NCBI GenBank assembly: GCA_977016875.1
Contig: CDRNST010000037.1
Coordinates: 744,001-808,000, forward strand
Source of the DNA: Pavona decussata
Lineage: Eukaryota
Direction: 5' to 3'
DNA: 64,000 nucleotides
Positions within the stretch are counted from its first letter, which is position 1. Every line of letters begins with the position of its first letter. A model generated the notes under the pieces. That model was given only the letters and a program-made list of their open reading frames with translations, was not told the DNA's origin and ran no database searches. The position numbers and the translations under genes were made by a program. Below, piece by piece: positions 11,801 to 23,800 of the stretch.

Positions 11801-14800
11801 GCAGTAATCCCAGACTATAAAGTACGGGAAGCGGAGTTGGTAACTTGGTAAATTAAGGGTTGATGTAGATCCCTAGTGAGATGTAAGCACTTTTTTCACA
11901 CTGTGTTACTGGTTTTAATATTATTAGCTATGTGTATCCATGTCTTAGTTGGTTTTTCCTTGCTGAAAATAGCTACTGGTATACGTAAGTACAACAGAAC
12001 TGTTGATTCACTTTTCACGTGCTTTTCTTTGCGACTCACAACACCGAGGCTTTCCACCGAGAAATGGCGATGTACATCAGCTCACATCTATTTCATGTTG
12101 GCCACTCGTTTCCCAAGACGCAAGGGCCACTGAAATTTCCATTATTCACCTATTTATTACTTATTTAATTATTTCTTATTGTTTCTTTATAATTCATTTA
12201 CCATTTTATTGTTTGTTCGAGTTTTTTGATTTAATGGTTTGCCTTACTTCATTCAGAAAAACCGAAATAAAAAAAGAATTGATAACTCTCTAGTAATGTT
12301 ATTGAACAAAACATGAAAGTATGGCTGAAAGAATGTAAAAATCATATCTACATGCTTGCACACCATAGACGTTCCAAGGCACTTAAAAAAAATAAAATTC
12401 ACTGATAATTTGTGAGTCAGTTTTGAGAGCTTTTGAAGAGGCAACAAATAATGCATTGCTTTGTTTACAAAAGCTCAGTAGCCATACCTGCACTGAATGA
12501 GGAGAACTAGAATGGAATTTTTTGAATGATCGCTATTTGTATCCCTAAAACCCAATAAACAAAGAATTTTTCAACGTGACTCCTTATAAATAGCAATTGG
12601 AAGTTAAACGTTGAATACAACACCTAAAAATCGCTATACCTTTGGCGAATTGTCTATTGTTTCCTTGTAAAAATTAAAGGTCAGTCCATCATCACTGTAC
12701 TGTAGCCAATACTTGGTGACCCACTGATCGGTTTTGTTATCTGGAGTCCCCTGAGTGGCTACGCCTGTCACAGTTGTGAAGCTATCGAGATCGACTTGAA
12801 GCCATTGATTGCTGTCGTTTATCAAGGTCTTCCAACCACGTACACCTTGTCTCTTGAAATTTAGCCTGGCATTTCGTGCAGCATGTTTATCATCCCATTG
12901 TGAAGAGGCGCTAATCTGGGCATCAGAGATTGCTCCATTCTCCATACCAAGAGGTCCAGTACAACCTGATATGACAGCCAGATATAAGAATACAAGGGGC
13001 AAAGATTTTATATCGTATTGCCTGTAGCATTGGCCTCTCTTACAAATAAGCACTTTCTAATTGTAGGATTTTGGGGATAGTAAAGAAATGTCTGAAGTGT
13101 GACCATTCAGTACTTTCCTCACTGCTCAAAGAGATATGTGATCCAAACGTTTTCCAGTATGGATAAAATCCTGACGTGAGGCCATTCAAATGAAAGCTAT
13201 TAATCAGCACCTGCTGGCGGTAATGTTAACTGTGCTGTACAAGTAAACTGACTCCAGCCAATTGTGAACCAGATTTCGCCCGTCCAAAAACGCGAGTTTG
13301 AAAAGTTAGTCGATTACTGTTTGCTTTTGCAAGTTTAGCGCCTTACATTGTTTGATTTCCACCTGGTGCTCCTGCTCAACTCTATAAACTTGTTAAATAC
13401 TTGATCATAAATTTAAGTAAAATCAGGTGATGTAACTGAAAGGGCTACACGTTGCTTTACAACTATGAAGTTAACTTCTCTGAATACCTGCACCGCAGCC
13501 ATACAGCTCTATCCTCATTCCAATATGAGTCTCCCATTGTACTGGTAGTATCCTGACGTAACGTGTTTTTATTGGTGGGTTTATTCTGCTGTACTCAATA
13601 TGGTCACTATCTGTATTTCCATCGAACACCTACAGATTTAAAGATTGTTTGTCCTCAAACATCAGTATCAAGAGTCGTGGAAGGACTATGAAAGTAGCTT
13701 TCACAGTCCACAGTTTACAGCGATATGGCCTCGAACACCCCATTTCTCGAGTTTAAGACGACAGGAGATGACAAGCACGGCCTGGAAACATACATAAAAG
13801 ATTTGACAGATTACTGCATCATGCAAAATTGGTTCGATCCATCAAAAGAAACTGACGCACAGAAATGGACCAAGCCTGACAAAGCTATGGCATGTCTCCG
13901 GGCATCTTTACTGATCTCCCGCAGCAAGAAAGGTTTACAAATACAACTTGAGCCTAGACGAAGCCAGTCAAAAAGAAACCTCATTGTGTTGTCGTCGCGC
14001 TTGGAAAATATTATGGCGCTAGCATTGGAGTGTCAGGGGAAATGCAAAAGTTTCTTCACTTGCTGCAAAACGAAACGATCGCCTCCACTGGGAGACGCGA
14101 TTACGCAAACAAGCAGCACAGTGTGAATATGAAGACTTTGCTAACGAGCTTATGCGGGACCAATTTATTGCCGGTTTAACGTCTGAGGCTCTTCGAGTAA
14201 AACCAATAGGAAAAGGACACAAACACAGAGACACCGCACAAACAAAAGTTACGCTACGTGTAAGTGTTGGCCAATCAACTCATGAAAACTGCTAAGAACA
14301 CACAGCAGGAACAAGTGATATTTACGAGCAAATCAAAATTTGTAAATCCGCGTCAAAACCTGAAGCCAACACAGCAATTGTCACAGTGTTTCTGGTCTGG
14401 CGGCAACCGTCAACAGCCCCGTCAACAGCATTGCCCAGCATTTGGCAAAAGATGTGGAAAGTGTGGGATCAATGGTCATTTCGCGCGTGTCTGTAGAGGT
14501 GGGGCAAGACGACAAGGAAGACAGCAGCTTCGAATTTTTTCGATGATAACAACGATGAAGAAGCGTTTGTGGCGAATTTCGAGACACCCCCACAGCTGGC
14601 AAGGAAACTTTTTTCCCATCTACACCTCATACGTAGAAGGAAAACAAAAGTCGTGAAAGCACAACCGACTCGGCATCCACGTGCAACGCTATACCCAGCA
14701 GTTTACTAAACGAGTTGTTTCCCGACGTAAAGATTTCGAGGACCAAAAGCAAGATTAAGACATACGGAAGCGAAACTATGCGTCCAGAAGGCCAAGTAAC

Positions 14801-17800
14801 CCTGTGCTGTGATAGAAGGGGCAAGATTCACACCTAATCAGAAAGAGCCACTTCTCAGCGGAAGAGATGCACAAGCCCTAGATTATTGAAGGTGTATGCT
14901 GATGAAACAAACGCAGTTGAAGAAGAGATTCCGTGCAATACGCAGTCACTCCCACCACTAGGGAAACTGACAAAGGAAGAAAACTCAAACGTATTTTAGC
15001 CAGGCTGCGGAAATGCTCTTGGAACCCCCTTGCACATCGAACTTGATCCTAATGTTACTCCAGTACACGCCTCAACGCGTCGAGTTCCCGTGGCAAAGTT
15101 TGACAGAGTAAATGACGAATTAAAGAGACTTTGTGATGAAGGCATCATAAGGCCAGTTACACAGCCTACAGACTGGCTCTGGAACATTCTGATAAAAGAG
15201 AAACCGAATGGCAAACTTCGTATTTGCATTGATCCAAGTCAAACCAGTAACAAGGCCATCAGGAGACCCAAGTACACAATACCGACGATTGAAGAAAAGC
15301 TTCCGCAACTGACCAAGGCCAAAGTATTCACAATTCTTGACGTATATGAAGCTTTTTACACCGTCGTGATGGATGAAAAGTCTTCTCTACTTACTACGTT
15401 CCAGGGACCAAACGGTCGCTACAATTATACTCGCATACTATTTGGGATCGCCTCGGGACCGGAGGAGTATCGACGGCGCCAACATGAATTCTTAGACGGC
15501 TTACACGGGGTAATAAACATTGCCGACGACATCTGTGTTTTTGGATGCGGAGATTCAAAAGAGGAAGCTGACATCTATCACGATAAAAATTTCACGACCC
15601 TGTTAGAAAAATGTAGCAACCATGACCTGCGACTCTCGGTGAAAAACTTTTAGTTTAAATCTCCCTCTGTCACTTTCATGGGACGGAAGCTTACCGACAA
15701 AGACGTAGAGCCCAATCCAGCTAAAGTAGCTGCAATTATAGAGATGCCAACGCCCACTGACAAATCTGGGGTGTAGCGTTTTCTTAGCATGTGCCAATAC
15801 TTAAGCAATTCTGCCATAACTTGTCAGAAACAGTTCTTCCATTGAAGGACTTGACCAAGGAGGATTCTGCATTCCTGTGGTCAAACAATCATGAAAATGC
15901 ATTTAACTCGGCAAAGAACCTCATCGCTTCAGCAACCGCATTACGCTACTATGACACAACCCTTCCCGTGACGCTAAAAGTGGATGCATCTGAAGATGCG
16001 ATCGGTGGCGTATTGCTACAAAATGATCAACCTGTTTGTTGTACATCACATACCCTCAAAAGCCCAAATTGAAAAAGAGTGTATTGCGATCGTCTCTTGC
16101 ATGGATAAGTGGCACCAGTACCTACACGGAAAACACGACATAACGGTAGATACAGATCACCAGCCGCTCGAGACAATATTTAAGAATCCTCTCAGCAAAG
16201 CTGCTCGCAGACTGCAAAGGATAATGCTGAAGTTACAAAGATATCAGTTCACTGTCCGAGACATAAAAGGAAAGGAACTCTACGTTGCGGACACTTTGTT
16301 TCGCGCAGCTGTCACTGATCATCCCTCCTCCACTGCCAAGCAAGAAAATGAAGTGTTCCGTCTGCAAATAGCTGAAATGGATCTTAAACCAAAGCAAGTT
16401 ACACCTGACACACTGAAACGAATAAGACAAGGAACCGCCAAAGACCCAGTTCTAGCAGCCCTGCACATGGTGATAATGAATGGGTGGCCTCCAGAAGGAA
16501 AGGAAGCCGTACTAGAATTTCAGAGATGAGATTTCAGTTTATGACGGTGTCCTCTACACATCCCATCAAGTAATCGTCCCAGCCACTCTACGAAACGAGA
16601 TGTTACAGAAAATACACAAAGCGCACCAGGGAGCCGACAGCAGTATAAGACGAGCATGCGAGTCTCTGTTCTGGTCAGGAATGCAGGCAGCAATCAGGGA
16701 GGGAGAAACGTTTATCATGTGGACTTTGTGCCCAGTACCTAAGCGAGCGACTACGAGAACCAATGAAATGCCACGAGATACCTACTAGACCGTGGTCTAA
16801 AATAAGTGCCCACCTTTTTCAGCTGGATGGAAGCAACTACCCCGTTATGTTTGACCATTACAGCGACTTCTTTGAACTAGACCCCCTCGGTGGGAACACA
16901 TTAGCTAACGCAGTCATTCGAGCCATGAAAAGACAATTTGCTCGATTTGGAATTCCAGACAAGTGCATAACCGATAACGGCACACAGTTTGAAAGCTATG
17001 AATATTCACGTTTGCTGGAGAATATGGTTTTATCGTACGCAAATCATCACCATACCACAGCCGAGGGAACGGAAAGGCGGTGTCCGCAGTCAAAATTGCA
17101 AAGAACAATCTGAAAAAAATCCCGCCATGAGGACCCCTATCTGGCCTTTTTAGCGTACCGAAACACATGTACACCCCAGCAGGGATATGATTACTCGCCA
17201 ACGCAACGCCTTATGTCTAGGAGACTACGGGACGTCATCCCCACAGCTCTGCGTCAAGTTGCTCCACATACAGTGTCCCCAAGTCGTATAAAAGAAAACA
17301 TTGAAGAAAGGAGACAGAGATCGAAGGCTCAGTACGACAAGAGGGTGTCGGCGCCGCTTGCCGAGTTCTTGAAAGGAGATAAAGTGTACGTAAAACCTAG
17401 GCCAACGAAAAAACACCAGCCCTGAATCTATGGGGGAGGTAATTTGAAGGCCCGCCCCAAGGTCCTGCCTCGTGAGCACAGCAATGGGACTAGTCCGGCG
17501 AAACCACGCACAAATCAGGGATGCAAGGGCAGAACCAGTCGACAACTATGATGGAAGACTGGACCGATTTGAAACTGCATCCCAACTATCAGAAAGTGGA
17601 CCGATAGAGGAAACGGATCAGCCAGTGGAACAAGAATCTACACCGCCACCTCGCCGTTCAACAAGAGAACGTAGACTTCCCTCAAGATCCAATGACTTTC
17701 TTATGGAATGAATACTCTTGCGAAATTTTGACTAAGCTTAAAGACTTTAACGACTTTGTTTGACCTAGAAAAGCTCAGAGAAATAGCGTTTAAGTTAACA

Positions 17801-20800
17801 ATATAATGGACATTCTCTAAATTCCAAAGGAGAAAGGTGTTACACAATGTAATAATCACTGGCATATTTATCTTCGCCTTAGTTTGTATTAATCATAGAT
17901 ATGCACTTGCACCTTAATTGCACTATACAGCATTGTTACGCACGCATCCAGATAGTGTGTATTTATTACTCGCAGCAACTTAATGTTTCAGTTTTCAACA
18001 TGCTACCGGACAATAGACATCAGTAATCACAGATAAAGAAGTAAGTTAATAACAGTTAAATTAAGGGTCGATCATTATTTATTTATTTATTTATTTATTT
18101 AGCTTCGCCTAACTAAAATACGAACAGAATGGAAACAAACAATAGAAACAAAAAGAAAAATACCAAAGATATAATAGTTAGGCAGGGAAACCACTACAGC
18201 GTAGCCAATTACAGCGGATCCCTTGTTAATTATTTATATAAAAACAAATGCTTAATAACTAAAACTACTAATATGTAAGCATAAAACTAGAGGAGACAAG
18301 GCGGGAGACCAAATTGCTAGAAGCAGCACGTTGGCGAGCATAGGAGAGACCTCGCTGTGTTACACCTAGGACAGATTGTTCTCCAAGTTCTAATGTCGAC
18401 AGCGTCGTACAAGTTCAAAGCCTTTTTATAATATTGAAGTAACAAAGTTTTGAATAAAGTTAAAGAGATGTGACTTGTGCGTAGCTCAGTGGGAAGAACG
18501 TTCCATGTACGGCACGCGCGTATGAAAATTAGATCCCTAGTGAGACAGAACAAGTACATGTAAGCACTTTCTTCACACTGGTTTCCTGGTTTTAATATTA
18601 TTAGCTATGTGCATCCATGTTTTAGTTGGTTTTTCCTTGCTAAGAATAGCTACTGGTAAGTAAAAAAAGACTGTTGCTTCACTTTTCATGTGCTTTTCTT
18701 TGTGACTCACAACACCGAGGCTTCCCGCCGAGAAATGGCGATGCACATCAGCTCACATCTATTTCATGTTGGCCACTCGTTTCCCAAGACGCAAGGGCCA
18801 CTGAAATTTCCATTATTCACCTATTTATTGTTTATTTAATTACTTCTTATTGTTTCTTATTATTCGTTTACCATTTTATTAACTGTTCGAGTTTCTACAT
18901 TCAGCAAAACCGAAAAAAAAAAAGAATTGGTAACTCTCTAGTAATGTTATTGAACAAAACATGAAAGTACAGCTGAAATAATGTGATCATATCTACATGC
19001 TTGCACACCATAGACGTTCCAAGGCACTTAAAAAAATAAAATTCACTGATAATTCGTGGGTAAAGTCAGCTATAAGAGCTCTTTGAAGGGGCAACAGACA
19101 ATGCATTGCTTTGTTTACAGTAGCTTAGTATCCAGACCTGCACTGAATGAAGAGAACTAGAATGGATCGCTATTTGTATCCCTAAAACCTAATAAACAAA
19201 GACATTTCCGAGGTGAATTCTTATACATAGTAGTTGGAAGTTAAACGTTGAATACAACACGTGAAAATCGATATACCTTTGGCGAATTGTCTGTTGTCTC
19301 CTTGTAAGAATTAAAGGTCACTCCATCATCACTGTACTGTAGCCAATACTTGGTGACCCACTGATCGGTTTTGTTATCTGGAGTACCCTGAGCGGCCACG
19401 CCTGTCACAGTTGCGTAGCTATCGAGATCGACTTGAAGCCATTGATTGCTGTCGTTTATCAAGGTCTTCCAACCACGTACACCTTGTCTCTTGAAATTTA
19501 GCCTGGCATTTCGTGCAGCATGTTTATCATCCCATTGTGAAGAGGCGCTAATCTGGGCATCAGAGATTGCTCCATTCTCCATACCAAGAGGTCCAGTACA
19601 ACCTGATATGACAGCCAGATATAAGAATACAAGGTGCAAAGATTTTATATCGTATTGCCTGTAGCATTGGCCTCTCTTATAAATAAGCACTTTATGATTG
19701 TAGGATTTTGGGGATAGTAAAGAAAAGTCTGAAGTGTGACCATTCAGTACTTTCCTCACTGCTCAAAGAGATATGTGATCCAAACGTTTTCCAGTATGGA
19801 TAAAATCCTGACGTGAGGCCATTCAAATGAAAGCTTTTAATCAGTACTCGCTGGTGGTAATGTTAACTGTTCTGTACAAGTAAAGTAACTCCAGCCGATT
19901 ATATGGGTTCTACTGAACATTCATACTTGGAAGTATCACGTACTCCCAGTGCAATCACCGATGACGCAATTGTCAGTTCTGTTTTACACGGCGTAATTGT
20001 GAGATTTGTGATAGATGAATGGTGAAAGTGTTACCAAAACTGCAATGGAAGAACGCTTTGCTTTAGATGACTCACTCTAAAATTAAAGGCGCTCTTATCA
20101 GTCTTATCACGTTGATAATTTTATCACTTCTTCCTTACATGATGTAATTCTTACAGCCGAGTGTAATCTTTGATTTCACAAAAAGGACTTAGCGTTGGAA
20201 CTTGCACTTGGGATAATCAGTCTATTAGGAATAAAAAGGGAGTCTCGCAGATCATTTATCCGCGAAATGGTTCTGGTCTGTCTGATATCTTTTCGACAAG
20301 ACATACAATTCCTTCATTGCTAATAAAAGGGCTGACCCATTTAAAGCCCCCCTGAGTAAAGTTCAGTGTGTAAAGTTTTAAAATCGCTTAGAGCTACACA
20401 AGTTAAATCAACGGTCGAATCCAGAGCGTAAAAGCGTCACAGGTTAAGATCCTTAACATTTATGAGGTACACTTTCTCAGATACCTGGACAACCATAGAG
20501 CTCTATTCTCATTCCAATATATTTCTTCCATTGGAGTGGCAGTATCCTGATGTAGCGTGCTGTGATTGGTGGGCTTATTCTGTTATACACAATGGAATCA
20601 GCGTCTACATTGCCACCAAAATCCTGTATTTAAAGACAAGCAAGCAATAGTTGTTAGATTACGATCGGTCACCAAACAGCATGGTTGTAAGGGGTGAGGC
20701 AGGTATGTGTCTGAAAGTCTATACATTTTTCCTGAACAGCTTTTGCCAGAAGAAAAAGCATGGAGCCTTGTATGCCCATTCTTCCTTTTTGCATTCCGTG

Positions 20801-23800
20801 AAGCCTGCCTCTCTTAAGCCAGAACTCAAGAACCCTCAAATCCCAGCCTTGTTGGCACTCTAATATTGGGGGATAGGAAAACGATAAAAGAGAAAACGCA
20901 GAAGGATACCGAGAAGCTGGGCTCGTGTTAGACAGCTGCTTTTTTGTGCGACCCTTGTAACCTCTGTAACCTGTACGTTGATAACTTAGTTAAAATCAAT
21001 AGCAGGGGTAAGAATCAGCACTTCTGAAAGATTTGAGCATGCAAGGTTATTGTATCCGACTTCCGCTTTTCTGAAGAAAGTAACTATCTGCATTTCCTTC
21101 AGTATACATAATAAGTACGTAAATTATGATCATCCGGGTGATTGAGTCCTAAGAAGGACTTTTGAGGTGACATGGACTGACGTTTCGACCACCTGAGCGG
21201 AAGTCATCTTCAGAGTCAAGTAAATTGTGGAACGTGAGTAGATGGTATACATGTCTCTGGGTGCATTGTTTATCTGATTGGTCAACGAAGTCGAGATGTT
21301 ATTGGTCATTTGTCAGTTAAGGCGTGATGTTATTGGCTGTGAAGACTGTAAAAAGACTGCCTGATCAACTTTACAGCTTTGGTACCCTAAAATCAGTGGC
21401 TGCTATCTTTGAAAAAGGGTTTATACCAAAAGAGTAACTTTATCTTCGTTTCTAAGGGAAATCTTACAACAAGTATACAACTTTTTCTATTGCTCCATAC
21501 TATTACTGCTGTAATGCAAAGTGGTCAACTGAGCCTTGAACGGACGTCCGACATGATAGCTACAAGTCAAATACAGAACGCAAGGTTGATACATTGATAT
21601 ACCTTTGGTGAAGTGCCGTTTGGTGCCTTGTAAATAAAACGGGTCACTCCATCATCGCTGTACTGAAGCCTGTACTTGATTACCCAAATGTCATGAACGT
21701 CGTCTGGACTGCCCTGAGTGGCTACACCTGTCACCGTAGTATTACTACCAAGATCCACTTGAAGCCATTGATAAAAGTCATTAGCTTGAGCTATCCAGCC
21801 CCAGCCTTCCTGTCTCTTGAAATTTAGCCTGGCATTTTTTGCAGGATGTTTATCATTCCATTCTGAAGACGCACTTATCTGGTCATCAGAGATTGATCCA
21901 TTCTCCATACCAAGAGGTACCTTGCAGTCTATTAATTTTCAACCGAAAATATGACAAAATGTAAGAGCAAGTTAGCTACTTGAGAAAATATTCTGCTCGA
22001 CTATAGGAAGAAAATACGCAAGTCTTTCCAAAAAAATGTGCCTAGTTCCAGAAACATTATTTAAATGTGGTCCTACCTTTGAGGCTGTTGCTGATACCAG
22101 GACAACCATAAAGCTCTGTCCTCATTCCAATACGTCTCTGCCATTTAAGCGGCAGTATCCTGATGTAGCGTGCTGTGATTGGTGGGTTTATTCCGTTATA
22201 CTCAATGGAATCAGCGTCTGCATTGCCATCAAAAACCTGTATTTAAAGACAAGCAATTAGTAGTTCTTAGATTGCTCTTGGTCACCAAGCAGCAGCGTTG
22301 TAAGTGGTAAGGAAAAAATATGTCTGGAAGCCTACTTTTTTCCTTAACAGCTTCACAGAATCCAGAAAAATAGCTTGGAGCTCTGCACACCCATTTCTCC
22401 TTTTTCGATTGAGTGAAGCCTGTGTTTCTTAAGCCAGAACCAGGAACCCTCGAATCCCAGCTTTTTCAGCACTCTAATATTAGGGGATAGAAAAATGTAC
22501 AAGAGAAAACGCTTAAATTATAATCCATACCCTTAGGCACTGAGAAAGAATACTGAAAGGCCGGGCCCCTGTTCTGAGAAATCCACTGCTTTTAGCTTCT
22601 TTTGTATAAATAACCCTTTTAACCTGTGTAATCTGTATGTTAATACCTATTTAGAGAAATCAACAAGAGGGGGGAAATTAGCACTTCTGAAGGTTTAAGC
22701 AAGCGAGGTTAATGCAACTGTACCCGACTAACGCTAATCAAGAAAATAACTGTCTGTCTTTTCTCCAGTACTTGTAAAACTAATTTGCTAAACTTTAATT
22801 CCATAAAACCAATTGTTCCTTTTTCATCTTTAACCTAAAATCAGTAGCTGTTATCTTTGAAAAAAGGTCTTTATCGAGACATCCCACAATATGTATACTA
22901 CTTTTTCTGTTGCTCTAAAAATTCAATACTATTACTGCTATAGTGCAAAATGGTCAGCTAGACATTGAACGGACGTCCGACACGATAGCTACAAGTCAAC
23001 TGCAGAACGCAAGGTTGATACATCGACATACCTTCGGTGAAGTGCCCCTTGCTGCGTTGTAATAAAAAAGGGTCACCCCATCATCGCTGTACTGAAGCCT
23101 GTACTTGATTACCCAAATGTCATGAACGTCGTCTGGACTGCCCTGAGTGGCTACACCTGTCACCGTAGTATTACTACCAAGATCCACTTGAAGCCATTGA
23201 TGGAAGTTATTCGTTCGAGTTACCCAGCTCCAGGCCCCCTGTCTCTTGAAATTTAGCCTGGCATTTTGTGCAGCATGCTTATCATTCCATTGTGAAGAGG
23301 CTCTTATCTGGCCATCAGAGATTGCTCTATTCTCCATACCAAGAGGTATCTTGCAATCTATCAACCGACAAAGTGACAAGACGTAAGAGCAAGTTGGCTA
23401 CTTGAGAAAATATGTCTGCTAGACTGCTAGACTGCTGAGTTCGAGAGGCATTATTTTTATGTGGTCCTACCTTTGAGACTGTTGATGAAATCCAAAGTGT
23501 GACCATTCAGAAAAAAAGGCAATTAAGACGCGAAATTGTTAGAACTCTTTTTCTTTTTACCAGGCCGGAAAGTGAGTGTGGGGAAAGTAAGAATAGGTAT
23601 GATGAAGAAGCGATGTCGTTTTCCATTTTTTTATCATTTCCCTAGGGGGGAAGGGAACAAACATGAGGATTAACGGGGCGTAGGTTTCTTCTTTTGGAGG
23701 ACGATGACATCGGCAGAATACTCCCAACACCAACAACGACAAACTAGGCACTCTCTCCATCATACACATGTTAACCTAGCACCGGCTCCATATTTCTCAA

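Larger units (their letters stand above)
11045..19900. repeat. Recent tandem duplication of one F5/8C module with introns (11045-13268 vs 13269-19900)
   Basis: Exons and introns are near-identical (e.g. 11876-13260 vs 18560-19900; 11045-11410 vs 13269-13634); the second copy is expanded by Gypsy and LINE insertions. Confidence 0.9.

Noticed and set aside
13725-17711. Possible domesticated or active gag/pol (also the BEL ORFs at 34217..39465)
   Set aside because: Numerous stops and frameshifts throughout; no single domain is selectively preserved.
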